Below are positions 8,612-18,068 of a DNA stretch of 56,477 bases, in pieces. Both the position numbers and the translations under genes were made by a program. Source of the DNA: Eubacteriales bacterium (GTDB taxonomy: Bacteria > Bacillota > Clostridia > Oscillospirales > SIG627). The DNA lies in NCBI GenBank assembly GCA_045531285.1, contig JAZSDT010000043.1, positions 1 to 56,477 on the forward strand. The letters are read 5' to 3'. Every line of letters starts with the position of its first letter. The stretch's first letter is position 1. The notes below the pieces were generated by a model. That model did not search any database, was not told the origin of the DNA, and was given only the letters and a program-made list of their open reading frames with translations.

Positions 8612-9718
8612 ATGAACTCCTTTACGTACTTTGTTAAAAAAAACGCCGTTATGTGCATAGCGTTAATTGCGGCATTGATAACAAGTGTTATTGTGCCTCC
8701 GGACAGGGAATATCTTGGATATTTTGACCTGAGAACACTGACCTGTTTGTTCTGTGTTTTGGCTGTGGTTTGCGCTTTGAAGAACATTCGTTTTTTCTAT
8801 ATGCTTGCCAGAAAGGTAGTACAGCTTTTCAAGAATGCCAGAATGAGCATACTTGCCCTTGTGTACATAACCTTTATCGGTTCTATGCTCATTGCCAACG
8901 ATATGGCACTTATTACTTTTCTTCCCCTTGGCTATCTGGTACTGGACTCTACAGGGATGAAAAAGTATATGGCATTCACCTTCATTATGCAGAATATTGC
9001 CGCTAATCTGGGCGGAATGCTTACCCCCTTTGGCAATCCTCAGAATCTTTATTTGTATTCAAGCTACGGAATACCCACAATGGAATTTATGGGTATAATG
9101 CTTCCGCCTTTTCTTTTGGCAGTTGCTCTCATTACACTTTGCTGTATTGTTTTTGTAAAGCCCGAGGCACTGTCTCTGCCCGAGGAAAAAATGAAGCTAA
9201 ACCCACAGAAGACGGCTATATATCTGGTGCTTTTTGCTTTATCCATCGTAATAGTTTTCAGAGGCATTCCGTATTGGATAGGGCTTATTGTTATACCGCT
9301 GGCACTTATGCCCCTTGACAAAAGAGCATTGAAAATGGTGGATTATCCGTTAATTTTGACCTTTGTGTTCTTTTTTATATTCTCGGGTAATATGGCGAGG
9401 ATAGACGTTGTTCGTGACGTCTTTTCCGCACTTCTTCAAAAGAGCACCTTGCTTTTCAGTATTCTTTCCTGTCAGGTCATCAGCAACGTGCCCTCTGCCA
9501 TTCTGCTGTCACAGTTTACGGAAAACTATGCAGACTTGCTGGTGGGAGTCAATATCGGAGGTGTCGGTACGCTGATTTCCTCTCTTGCCAGTCTTATAAC
9601 CTTCAGAGATTACGTCAGACATAATCCCGGTAAGGCAGGAAGCTATATTTTGAAGTTTTCACTTTTTAATTTCGGCTTTTTGATTATTATGACAGCGTTT
9701 ATGTTGTTGATAAAATAG
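8612..9718 (+). CDS. ArsB/NhaD-superfamily (CitMHS/YbiR-like) anion permease
   Basis: 368 aa and polytopic. Carries a TPFGNPQNLYL motif typical of this permease superfamily. Confidence 0.55.
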   Translation: MNSFTYFVKKNAVMCIALIAALITSVIVPPDREYLGYFDLRTLTCLFCVLAVVCALKNIRFFYMLARKVVQLFKNARMSILALVYITFIGSMLIANDMALITFLPLGYLVLDSTGMKKYMAFTFIMQNIAANLGGMLTPFGNPQNLYLYSSYGIPTMEFMGIMLPPFLLAVALITLCCIVFVKPEALSLPEEKMKLNPQKTAIYLVLFALSIVIVFRGIPYWIGLIVIPLALMPLDKRALKMVDYPLILTFVFFFIFSGNMARIDVVRDVFSALLQKSTLLFSILSCQVISNVPSAILLSQFTENYADLLVGVNIGGVGTLISSLASLITFRDYVRHNPGKAGSYILKFSLFNFGFLIIMTAFMLLIK

Positions 9719-9725
9719 TGAAAAA

Positions 9726-9768
9726 GAGCTAAGATATCTTTTAAAAATTATCTTAGCTCATTCTTTAT
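9726..9768. terminator. bidirectional intrinsic terminator
   Basis: GAGCTAAGATA...TATCTTAGCTC, with AAAAA upstream and a T-rich tail. Confidence 0.7.
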
Positions 9769-9855
9769 ATGCTAGGAAATTGCATTAAATCAACCTCGCC
9801 GTTTTACGTTGTCAAAGGTTACAATAGGCGAGGATTGCCAGCGGCTCCATTCGGC
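9766..9855 (-). repeat. intergenic structured repeat, copy 5
   Basis: TATATGCTAGGAAATTGCATTAAATCAACCTCGCCG...ATAGGCGAGGATTGCCAGCGGCTCC. The hairpin end is degenerate and abuts the TAG stop of the oxidoreductase gene. Confidence 0.85.
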
Positions 9856-10886
9856 TATAACTTTCCCCCGTTGGTTTTGTATATCGCTTCTATTATCTGT
9901 TGGTCAATAATAGTATTTCTTCCGTTTACAGGGGGTACGGTATCACTTATTACGGCGTTGGAGAATGCCTCTATTTCCTTGGTGTACATATTGCCAAAGT
10001 CAACCTTTATTTCCACAGGCTTCGCGGGTGCTCTGTTCTGCAGTGCATCATAGCCTGCTCCGTCATCACAGGTGAGCACCTTGACAGTGCCTCCCTCCAC
10101 TTGACCCAGAGTGCCTACTGCAACAATACTTCCCTTTGTTCCGTAGAATTCCATAGGACAGCTTGCCGCATCGTCGGGAATGTTGAAGTTTGCATCTACC
10201 ATTGCAAGTGCACCGTTATTCATCTTTATCACAACGGCAGATGAATCATCTGCTGTATATCCGAAGGTTGCATTGTGAGCAAATCCTGTGCACTCAACGG
10301 GAGTGAGTCCAGAAAGATATATGAGAAGGTCAATACAGTGGATTCCCATATCCATAAGAGCACCGCCTCCCGACAGCTTTACGTCCTGTCTCCAGCAGTT
10401 TTCCATTTTGGGATACCAGCAGGTAAACTGAGCACGCATGGAAACTATTTCGCCGATAGTACCCTTTTCAATGAGCTCCTTTATTGCCTGATGATAGGCG
10501 TGGAAGCGCATCATAAAGCCTGCACCCAGCTTTACGCCTTCCTTTTCGCAGGCGTTGATTATCTCTTCTGTGTCTGCCAGAGTAATTCCCATGGGCTTTT
10601 CCAGAAGGATATGCTTTTTTGCTTTCGCCGCCGCCAAAGCCTGTTCCTTGTGGGCGAACACGGGAGACGCAATATAAACAGCCTCCACCTCGTCAAGTGC
10701 CAGAAGGTCCTCGTATTTGTCAAAGGCATATTTGGCACCGTATTTTTCTTTTACACCTTCTGCAGCCTGAAGATTTGCATCCATTACTGCATAAAGCTCA
10801 GCGTTTTCAGCAAGCATCATACCGGGAATAGTTCTGCGGTTGGCAATACCGCCGCATCCGATTACACCCCATTTTACTTTTTTCAT
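9855..10886 (-). CDS. Gfo/Idh/MocA family oxidoreductase
   Basis: KWGVIGCGGIANRR Rossmann N-terminus and an EKP motif (LLEKPMG). Its start overlaps the upstream ABC ATPase stop. Confidence 0.85.
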   Translation of the reverse strand: MKKVKWGVIGCGGIANRRTIPGMMLAENAELYAVMDANLQAAEGVKEKYGAKYAFDKYEDLLALDEVEAVYIASPVFAHKEQALAAAKAKKHILLEKPMGITLADTEEIINACEKEGVKLGAGFMMRFHAYHQAIKELIEKGTIGEIVSMRAQFTCWYPKMENCWRQDVKLSGGGALMDMGIHCIDLLIYLSGLTPVECTGFAHNATFGYTADDSSAVVIKMNNGALAMVDANFNIPDDAASCPMEFYGTKGSIVAVGTLGQVEGGTVKVLTCDDGAGYDALQNRAPAKPVEIKVDFGNMYTKEIEAFSNAVISDTVPPVNGRNTIIDQQIIEAIYKTNGGKL

Positions 10887-11638
10887 TTCAATTTCTCCTT
10901 TATTATATAACCTTGTTGGCTTTTTATTAAATCTGCTCCAAACAGCTCACTTACAATACCTGACCCGCACACCTTTTCGGGAGTGTCCTGCATAACGCAA
11001 ACACCGTTTGACATCACTGCTATTTCGTCAAAGCAGTCGAAGGCTGTGGGAATGTCGTGCATTACAGCAACGATTCCTTTTCTGCCGGATGCAAGCTCCT
11101 TTAAGAGCCTTATCAGTGTGAATTGATTTGCAATATCCAAGTACACCGCAGGCTCATCCAATAAAATATAGTCTGTATCCTGACACAGTGCCATGGCGAT
11201 ATACACACTTTGCTTCATTCCTCCTGACAGCTGAGACATATTTTTGTCAGCAAGATGTAAAATTCCGATTTTTTCCATTGCCTGTCTTGTAAGCTCTCGG
11301 TCCCTTTGCGTGTAGCGTCTGGGATAACTGAGGTGAGGAAATCTGCCGTGAAGCACCGTTTCCGCCACTGTCATATCGGGAACATTTTTTTCCTGCGGAA
11401 GATAGGCTATCTTTTTTGCTGCGTCTGTGGGCGAAGCCTTGCCTATTTGCGTGCCGTCTGCCACTACCGTTCCGGACGTTGTGGGCAATATTCCGGCAAT
11501 TACCTTCAAAAGTGTGCTTTTCCCCGAGCCGTTTGGCCCGATAATTGCCATTGTTTTTCCTTCGCAGGCTGTCAGTGATACGTTTTGCAGCACTGTCTTT
11601 TTGCCGTAGCCTGCCGTTACGTTTTTTATTTCAATCAT
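10883..11638 (-). CDS. ABC transporter ATP-binding protein (FecE/FepC/BtuD-like)
   Basis: Walker A GPNGSGKST, signature LSGGMKQ, Walker B ILLDEP. Confidence 0.9.
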   Translation of the reverse strand: MIEIKNVTAGYGKKTVLQNVSLTACEGKTMAIIGPNGSGKSTLLKVIAGILPTTSGTVVADGTQIGKASPTDAAKKIAYLPQEKNVPDMTVAETVLHGRFPHLSYPRRYTQRDRELTRQAMEKIGILHLADKNMSQLSGGMKQSVYIAMALCQDTDYILLDEPAVYLDIANQFTLIRLLKELASGRKGIVAVMHDIPTAFDCFDEIAVMSNGVCVMQDTPEKVCGSGIVSELFGADLIKSQQGYIIKEKLK

Positions 11639-11648
11639 TGGTTCAAAA

Positions 11649-12617
11649 TCAACCTCGCCGCTTTACAATCAAAAATAGGAAGAAGGGTACACCCAGGAAC
11701 GACATAATTATTCCAACGGGTATTTCGTATGGCGAAAAAACTGTCCGCGCGGCAGTGTCGCAAACAGCGACAAAGCCTGCACCGTATATGGCGCACAAGG
11801 GTAACAAGCGCGATGATCTGTTTCCTGTAAAAAATCTTACTGTGTGTGGCACAATCAAGCCCACAAAGGACAACAGCCCTGCCAGACTTACGGCACAGCC
11901 TGCCAGTGAGGCGGCAAGTATGAGAAAAACCGTGCGCATTGCCCTTGTATTTAATCCCAGACTGCGTGCACTGTCCTCTCCCAGTGAGAGAACGTCAAGC
12001 TCGTTTGTCAGGGTAAAAAGGATTATAAGACTTATTGCTATTGCTACTGCCGAGGGTATGAGCTTTCCGTAGGTAACGGAAGTGAATTCTCCAATCTTAA
12101 AGTTGTTGCTCATTACTCCAACGTCTGTATCAAAGGTTATTACTGTGTCAGAGATAGCATTCAGAAAACTGTTTAGAGCAACACCGATCAAAATCACGGC
12201 AGATTTGGAGGTACAGTATTTTTTTGAGATAACGCTGACGGCAAGTACTGTCCCGAATGCGCCGATAAACGAAAAAAACGAAAGCAGCCAACCGCCGTAT
12301 ATTCCAAAGGCAGTGCAAAGCGTTACAGCCAACCCCGCTCCCGAATTTACTCCTATAACACCGGGAGATGCCAGATTATTGGACAGTACTCCCTGTATTA
12401 CGGCACCTGCTACTCCAAGCGCGGCACCGCATAGGATACAGGCGACGGTACGGGGGAGGCGTACGTAAACAAGTATTGTCCGTGCTGTATCAAAGTCGCA
12501 AAGAGCAAGATTGGTACTTCCCAAAGATAGCCCCAGAACCACAGCTACTGCCAGAAGCAAAAAACCGAGAATATATAAAACATCGGCTCTAGCGCAATAT
12601 TTCAAAAAGTTGTTCAT
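11649..12617 (-). CDS. FecCD-family iron-chelate/cobalamin ABC permease
   Basis: 322 aa and polytopic. LRLPRT-like RLPRTVACILCGAALGVAGAVIQ motif typical of the FecCD/BtuC family. Confidence 0.9.
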   Translation of the reverse strand: MNNFLKYCARADVLYILGFLLLAVAVVLGLSLGSTNLALCDFDTARTILVYVRLPRTVACILCGAALGVAGAVIQGVLSNNLASPGVIGVNSGAGLAVTLCTAFGIYGGWLLSFFSFIGAFGTVLAVSVISKKYCTSKSAVILIGVALNSFLNAISDTVITFDTDVGVMSNNFKIGEFTSVTYGKLIPSAVAIAISLIILFTLTNELDVLSLGEDSARSLGLNTRAMRTVFLILAASLAGCAVSLAGLLSFVGLIVPHTVRFFTGNRSSRLLPLCAIYGAGFVAVCDTAARTVFSPYEIPVGIIMSFLGVPFFLFLIVKRRG

Positions 12618-13524
12618 AGCTTTGTGCCCAGCGACCGTTGGGCTTGAGATTAAACAGACGTCTGTCCATAAAATGCAATCTGCCTTCTCTCACAGCCTCA
12701 AGGGTGTTCCACGCAGGATCTTCCTCCAGCATTCGTGATATGTTTTTCTTTGCTTTTTCGGTGTCGTTACCCATTGTAACAACAAAGATTCGGTACGGCT
12801 CGTTTTGTATAATGCTTTCCACACTAAGCTCTTCAAGAAGTCCGGAGCTGCTGTCTGCAATATTAACAAGCCCTGCATCCTTCAGCATCTCCCCGAGCAC
12901 TGTTCCCTCACTGCCCTTTGCCTTAACCGCACCCGATGAGGCACGGAGCAGAAGTATTTTCTTTTGACTTTCGGGAATAAACGTATTTGATTTAATTTCT
13001 TCTATTTGTTTTTTTACGGTCACGCCGTTTTTTTCATAAAGGTCTTTTCTGCCTGTTATATCGGTACATATATCCAGCATTGCAAGATAGTCCTCGAAGC
13101 AGTCAACGTCGAAATAGGCGACCGTTGTGCCCACGTTTTCCAGCACGTTAAGTAATTCAACGTTGGAGGCTGTTGAAGCACTTGCTATCACAAGGTCACA
13201 AGACGCTGAAAGAAGCAGCTCAAGGTTCGGGGAATGTGCACCTCCAAGATTTACGGCGTCAAGTTCCAGCCCAAAATCCTCCCAGGCGTCCTCGGCTGTG
13301 GCACAGACCGTTCCGCCGGCAAGCTGCCAAACCTCAGCAAAGCTTCCAATGAGAGCGGCAACCCTTTCGGGATTCTTTTGTACGGTGACTTCTCTTTCCA
13401 GAGCGTCGGTGAAGGTAATGCTGTCGCTTGTGGGCTTTTCTTCCGTTGTACATCCAAGCAAAAACAGAGAGAAAAGCAATATCAGAAAAAAGAGATTATT
13501 TGCCCAAAAGCTTCTTTTCAACAT
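12589..13524 (-). CDS. ABC substrate-binding lipoprotein (Peripla_BP_2, FhuD/BtuF-like)
   Basis: The start was moved to ATG 13524 (MLKRSFW...). The lipobox LLGC is followed by the typical class-8 SBP layout. The track start 13557 would overlap the upstream gene by 62 nt. Confidence 0.8.
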   Translation of the reverse strand: MLKRSFWANNLFFLILLFSLFLLGCTTEEKPTSDSITFTDALEREVTVQKNPERVAALIGSFAEVWQLAGGTVCATAEDAWEDFGLELDAVNLGGAHSPNLELLLSASCDLVIASASTASNVELLNVLENVGTTVAYFDVDCFEDYLAMLDICTDITGRKDLYEKNGVTVKKQIEEIKSNTFIPESQKKILLLRASSGAVKAKGSEGTVLGEMLKDAGLVNIADSSSGLLEELSVESIIQNEPYRIFVVTMGNDTEKAKKNISRMLEEDPAWNTLEAVREGRLHFMDRRLFNLKPNGRWAQSYEQLFEILR

Positions 13525-14425
13525 AATCAAATCCGAGTCTTTCAATAGTGTCGGCAAAACGCTCTCCCTTGATTCCTTCGTCGCGGAAAAGAAGTATTGC
13601 TCTTTCCACGGTTGTCAGCACCTCTTCTTCGGAGCAAAATACTTTTGACAGCGGTTTTCCTTGGGCTGTCTTTTTGCCCCAGCGTCCGCCGATACATATC
13701 TTATAGCCCTTTACGGCAGAAGAAAATACACCGAAGGGACATTTTTCAAAACAGCGTCCGCACCTGTTGCATTTTTGGGTATCAAGATTTATTTTTTCGC
13801 CGTTCAGGGTAACGGCTTTCATAGGACAGGCAAGCTCGACGGCACATTTTTTACAGCCACGGCACTTGTCGGTAATGGGGATAAATACTCTCTGTCCGAT
13901 TATACCCACGTCATTTAAGTCGGGCTTCACGCAGTTATTCGGACATCCTCCCACAGCAATTTTAAACTTATGGGGAAGCACTACATCGTGATAACCTACG
14001 TAGAAGCGTTCGTGTATTTTTTGGCTCAGAGAAAAGGTATCTATGAGACCGAAAACACAGGTAGTTCCCTTGCAGGAAACAACGGGTCTTACCTTCGGTC
14101 CCGTTCCGCCTGTTTCCAGTCCTTTTTCTTTCAAAAAGAGAATGAGAGCGGGAATGTTATCGTATTTTACACCTTGAATCTCAACGGTCATACGGCTTGT
14201 CATTGCTACCTCAGACGAGCCGAAACGGTCGGCTGCTTCGGCTATTGCCCTTTGCTTGTCGGTGGTTATTTTGCCGTTTCCGGTTATTACTCTCACGTTG
14301 AAAACGTCATCGAAGCGTTTGTCTCTCAGGCATCCGAGTCCCTTTACTTTTGCAATTTGTTCGGCTGTGAGAACACCGTTTTTCTTTTCAAGTCCCAATA
14401 TTTCAAAAGCTTTTGAAGTGTTCAT
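13496..14425 (-). CDS. nitrite/sulfite-reductase-like siroheme/[4Fe-4S] protein with inserted 2x[4Fe-4S] ferredoxin domain (AsrC/Dsr-like)
   Basis: C-x5-C (SCKGTTC) and C-x3-C (GGCPNNC) siroheme-cluster cysteines. Two ferredoxin motifs, CRGCKKCAVELACP and CNRCGRCFEKCP. Confidence 0.7.
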   Translation of the reverse strand: MNTSKAFEILGLEKKNGVLTAEQIAKVKGLGCLRDKRFDDVFNVRVITGNGKITTDKQRAIAEAADRFGSSEVAMTSRMTVEIQGVKYDNIPALILFLKEKGLETGGTGPKVRPVVSCKGTTCVFGLIDTFSLSQKIHERFYVGYHDVVLPHKFKIAVGGCPNNCVKPDLNDVGIIGQRVFIPITDKCRGCKKCAVELACPMKAVTLNGEKINLDTQKCNRCGRCFEKCPFGVFSSAVKGYKICIGGRWGKKTAQGKPLSKVFCSEEEVLTTVERAILLFRDEGIKGERFADTIERLGFDYVEKKLLGK

Positions 14426-14516
14426 TTTACCTGCTCCTGTTGTGTAGAATTAGTATTGCTTGTAAAATAATGATATCATAACTTGATAAAGATGTCAATG
14501 ATTTTGGCTTTTGCAG

Positions 14517-14545
14517 TTGCATTTAAACAAATAGTGTGGTAAAAT
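14517..14545 (+). promoter_or_regulatory. sigma-A promoter of pncA-nadE
   Basis: TTGCAT, 17-nt spacer, TGgTAAAAT extended -10. Confidence 0.6.
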
Positions 14546-14564
14546 GAATCAAAAGGAGATTGTT

Positions 14565-15074
14565 ATGAAAATACTTATAGTTGTTGATATGCAAAAAGAC
14601 TTTATCGACGGTGCACTTGGCAGTGCCGAAGCGGTAAAAATAGTACCATACGTAAAGAAGCTTATCGAAGGCTTTGACGGAAAGGTGTTGTTTACAAGAG
14701 ACACACATTTTGAAAACTATCTTGACACGCAGGAGGGAAAAAATCTTCCTGTTCGGCACTGTATCAAGGGGACTGAGGGATGGCAGATATATCCCGAGCT
14801 TGAAGCCTTGAGAAAAACAGAGGCAGTGGACAAGCTGACCTTTGGTTCAAAGGAGCTTGTAGACGTGCTGAGTAAGGAAGAAAACGTTGAGGAGATAGTC
14901 TTTGCAGGACTTTGCACGGATATTTGCGTTATATCCAACGTGGCAGTCGTTAAGGCATTCTTTCCCGAGACACCTCTTGTCGTTGATGCAAGGGGCTGTG
15001 CCGGAGTAACACCCGAAAGTCACAAAACGGCACTTGATGCAATGAGAGCAATTCAGGTCAGAATCGAGGAGTAA
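14565..15074 (+). CDS. pncA: isochorismatase-family cysteine hydrolase, nicotinamidase-like
   Basis: The start was moved to ATG 14565 (GGAG RBS); the track's ATG 14544 lies inside the -10 box. VVDMQKDF, HCIKGTEGW and GLCTDICV match B. subtilis-type PncA. The gene is adjacent to nadE. Confidence 0.7.
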   Translation: MKILIVVDMQKDFIDGALGSAEAVKIVPYVKKLIEGFDGKVLFTRDTHFENYLDTQEGKNLPVRHCIKGTEGWQIYPELEALRKTEAVDKLTFGSKELVDVLSKEENVEEIVFAGLCTDICVISNVAVVKAFFPETPLVVDARGCAGVTPESHKTALDAMRAIQVRIEE

Positions 15075-15078
15075 GAAG

Positions 15079-15816
15079 ATGTTTAACGCAAAGAGAATTA
15101 AAGAGGCTTGCGTTCAGTGGATAAGAGAATTTTTTGAAAATAACGGCAAGGACTGTAATGCCGTTGTGGGAATATCCGGCGGTAAGGACAGCTCGGTGGT
15201 TGCCGCTTTATGCGTTGAGGCGCTGGGGCGTGACAGAGTAGTGGGTGTCCTGATGCCTTGCGGAGAACAGCACGATATAGACTGTGCTTATAAGCTGGTG
15301 GAACACCTTGGAATACGTCATTTTATTATAAATATAAAGGATGCTGTCGAAGGGCTTCGCAACGCTATGCCCCAAGGACTTGAGCTGACTGCACAGACTC
15401 TCACGAACATTCCGCCCAGAGTCAGAATGACAACTCTTTACGCGGTGTCTCAGAGTGTCAACGGTCGTGTGGCAAACACCTGTAATCTTTCTGAAGATTG
15501 GGTTGGCTATTCCACACGCTACGGTGATGCGGCGGGAGATTTCAGCCCTCTTTCAAGGCTTACCGTGGCAGAGGTAAAGGCGATAGGACATGAGCTTGGG
15601 CTTCCTGCAGACCTTGTAGAGAAAACACCTATAGACGGTCTTTGCGGAAGGACGGATGAGGACAATCTGGGATTCACCTACGCGGAGCTTGACCGTTATA
15701 TCAGAACGGGCAAAATTGATGATATGGAAAAGAAGGCTTCCATAGACAGAAAACACAAAATGAATCTGTTTAAGCTTCAGCTTATGCCTTCATTTGACCC
15801 GGGACAAATACAGTGA
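15079..15816 (+). CDS. nadE: ammonia-dependent NAD+ synthetase
   Basis: GISGGKDSSVVAALC PP-loop and a length of 245 aa. GAGGAG RBS. Confidence 0.85.
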   Translation: MFNAKRIKEACVQWIREFFENNGKDCNAVVGISGGKDSSVVAALCVEALGRDRVVGVLMPCGEQHDIDCAYKLVEHLGIRHFIINIKDAVEGLRNAMPQGLELTAQTLTNIPPRVRMTTLYAVSQSVNGRVANTCNLSEDWVGYSTRYGDAAGDFSPLSRLTVAEVKAIGHELGLPADLVEKTPIDGLCGRTDEDNLGFTYAELDRYIRTGKIDDMEKKASIDRKHKMNLFKLQLMPSFDPGQIQ

Positions 15817-15830
15817 GAGAGGAAAGAAAA

Positions 15831-17825
15831 ATGAAAAGATTTAGTGCTTTTTTACTTGCCATGATTATGAGCTTTTCGGCTTTGGCGCTGTGCATAAGTG
15901 CCACCGAGTTTCCTTTTAAGGACGTGGAGGAAGGCGAGTGGTATTACAGCAGTGTCAAGGAGGCATACGAGCTGGGACTTGTTAACGGAAAGGATAGTGT
16001 GGACACCTACAAGCCCAACGAAAATATGAGCTATGCCGAGGCAATCAAGCTTGCGGCTTGTATGCATCAGCGTTACACTACAGGCTCGGTTACACTTACA
16101 AACGGAGAGCCTTGGTATCAGAACTACGTTGATTATTGCAGAACAAACGGTATTATTTCAAAGGAATACTCCTATACCGCTTCGGCAACAAGAGTGGGAT
16201 ATATGGAGATATTTGCAAAGGCGCTTCCCGACGAGGCGTTGGAGGAGATAAATATTATTCCTAAAAATTCGATTCTCGACGTACCTTCGGATATGGCAGG
16301 TGCTGAGGGTATCTATAAGCTTTACAAGGCGGGAATACTTGCAGGCGCTGACGGATTGCATAATTGTAATCCCAATTCCAATATAAAGAGAAGCGAGGTT
16401 GCCGCTATACTTTCACGAATGATGGATGCTACAAAAAGAGTAAAATTCGACACTATAGCAACTGCACCTATAGAGGAGGTTCCTGTGGAAACGTTCACAT
16501 TACCGGAGAAAAATCAGTGGGAAAATTACACCTTTGGCAAGGAAGGTGACAAGACCGTTGCAGAACAGCGTCGGGAAATACTTGACGGTATGAACCTTGC
16601 AATCAATACTCAGACCAAATGGAAGGAAGTTCCAAGCTTCAATCCCACAGCCGAAAAGTACAATCACATTAAGGCTATCACCTACGACGGACTCGAGTAT
16701 AAGGGTGAAAAGACAAAGGTATTTGCTTTTGTGGGCTTCCCTGAGGGAGCTTCGGAGGATTCTCCCGTGCCTGCCGTTGTACTTGTGCACGGCGGCGGAG
16801 GACATGCTTACTATAAGTGGGTAGAGTTATGGAATCAGCGCGGATATGCGGCAATTGCCATGGATACTACAGGCTTCTTCCCCTCGGCAGTTGACGTAGG
16901 TGAGACCGAAGGCAAAGACCCTAAAGGCGAATGGGTATACGGACTTACAGAGGATTTTGCCGAGGAAGGCTACGTAAATGCACCTAACCGTCCTTATCAC
17001 ACCTCTTATACCGAGGTACAGGAGCAGTGGGCATACCACGGTCTCAGCCAGGTTATTCTTGCGGGAAATATTCTTCGCCAGGACAAGAGAGTTGATGCCA
17101 ACAATATTGGAATCACAGGTATTTCATGGGGTGGCACAATGGTTGCCCAGGTAATCGGATATGACAATCGCTTCTCCTTTGCAATACCCATTTACGGCAC
17201 AGCATATCTTGGAGACGAGATGCGTTCCTTCGCAGATTTTGCAAACCCTTACGTCGATGCACTGTGGGCGGCTGAAAGAAATCTTGACAACGCAAAAATG
17301 CCGATACTTTGGTTTGCATACAACGACGACAACAACTTTGGAATCAACTCCTACGTTGACTCCTTTAAGCATACACAGGGCTTTAACACTAAGACCTGTT
17401 TGACCATGCTTGGCAGCTGGGGACATTCACACGGCAGTGCATGGAGTAAGGAACACAGCTATTTATTTGCAGATTGGGTAACCTACGGCGAAAACGGACT
17501 TGTGAATTTTGCAACACAGCCAAAGGGACGAGAGGTAAACTGCCGTATCAGAATACCTGAAAACGTAACGGGCTCGGTAGTTGCATACGTACATTACATC
17601 ACTTCTCCCATGACCTATAGCAAGCACAACAAATTCGGCTGGGGCAATTACGTATTTTTAGACCAGAAGTGGCAGAAAACACGTTCATGGCTGAAGGTTG
17701 ACAAAACCACGGGAACTGTAAGCGGTACTATCCCCGAAGAAGCAAAGGGATATTACATAGAGCTGCAGTACAAGGTTTCAAAAAAGGTTTGTCAGACCAG
17801 CTCCGTATACGTTCCACTTGACTGA
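15831..17825 (+). CDS. secreted SLH-domain protein fused to an alpha/beta-hydrolase (acetyl-esterase/dienelactone-hydrolase-like)
   Basis: The start was moved to ATG 15831 (MKRFSAFLLAMIM signal peptide). Two SLH-like segments are present. VLVHGGGGH and the GISWGG nucleophile elbow mark the hydrolase domain. Confidence 0.65.
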   Translation: MKRFSAFLLAMIMSFSALALCISATEFPFKDVEEGEWYYSSVKEAYELGLVNGKDSVDTYKPNENMSYAEAIKLAACMHQRYTTGSVTLTNGEPWYQNYVDYCRTNGIISKEYSYTASATRVGYMEIFAKALPDEALEEINIIPKNSILDVPSDMAGAEGIYKLYKAGILAGADGLHNCNPNSNIKRSEVAAILSRMMDATKRVKFDTIATAPIEEVPVETFTLPEKNQWENYTFGKEGDKTVAEQRREILDGMNLAINTQTKWKEVPSFNPTAEKYNHIKAITYDGLEYKGEKTKVFAFVGFPEGASEDSPVPAVVLVHGGGGHAYYKWVELWNQRGYAAIAMDTTGFFPSAVDVGETEGKDPKGEWVYGLTEDFAEEGYVNAPNRPYHTSYTEVQEQWAYHGLSQVILAGNILRQDKRVDANNIGITGISWGGTMVAQVIGYDNRFSFAIPIYGTAYLGDEMRSFADFANPYVDALWAAERNLDNAKMPILWFAYNDDNNFGINSYVDSFKHTQGFNTKTCLTMLGSWGHSHGSAWSKEHSYLFADWVTYGENGLVNFATQPKGREVNCRIRIPENVTGSVVAYVHYITSPMTYSKHNKFGWGNYVFLDQKWQKTRSWLKVDKTTGTVSGTIPEEAKGYYIELQYKVSKKVCQTSSVYVPLD

Positions 17826-17841
17826 TCTTAAGACAAAAAGA

Positions 17842-17885
17842 AGCCGTTTAAAAACTCTAACAGAGTTTTTAAACGGCTTTTTTAT
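17842..17885 (+). terminator. intrinsic terminator of the SLH-esterase gene
   Basis: 17-bp stem AGCCGTTTAAAAACTCT/AGAGTTTTTAAACGGCT followed by a T-run. Confidence 0.85.
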
Positions 17886-17990
17886 ATACTAGGAAATTGT
17901 ATTAAATTAACCTCGCCGTTTTACCTTGTTGGAGTATACTCAAAGGTTACGATAGGCGAGCATTGCCAGCGGAGGCTCTCCGCTTATGTA
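17883..17990 (-). repeat. intergenic structured repeat, copy 6
   Basis: TATATACTAGGAAATTGTATTAAATTAACCTCGCCG...GATAGGCGAGCATTGCCAGCGGAGGCTCTCCGC. Confidence 0.9.
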
Positions 17991-18009
17991 TATTCCAACT
18001 ACATTTTAT

Positions 18010-18038
18010 TAATTTTCCATTGAAAAACCTACTTTTTT
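18010..18038 (+). promoter_or_regulatory. sigma-A promoter of the DUF4838-like gene
   Basis: TTGAAA (18010-18015), 17-nt spacer, TACAAT (18033-18038). Confidence 0.55.
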
Positions 18039-18068
18039 GTTATACAATTATAAAAAAGGAGGGATAAA

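Noticed and set aside
13496-13557. A 62-nt overlap between the reductase-like gene and the SBP gene, as a possible frameshift or fusion
   Set aside because: An in-frame ATG at 13524 gives a normal lipoprotein signal peptide (MLKRSFW...LLGC). The overlap is explained by an over-extended ORF call.
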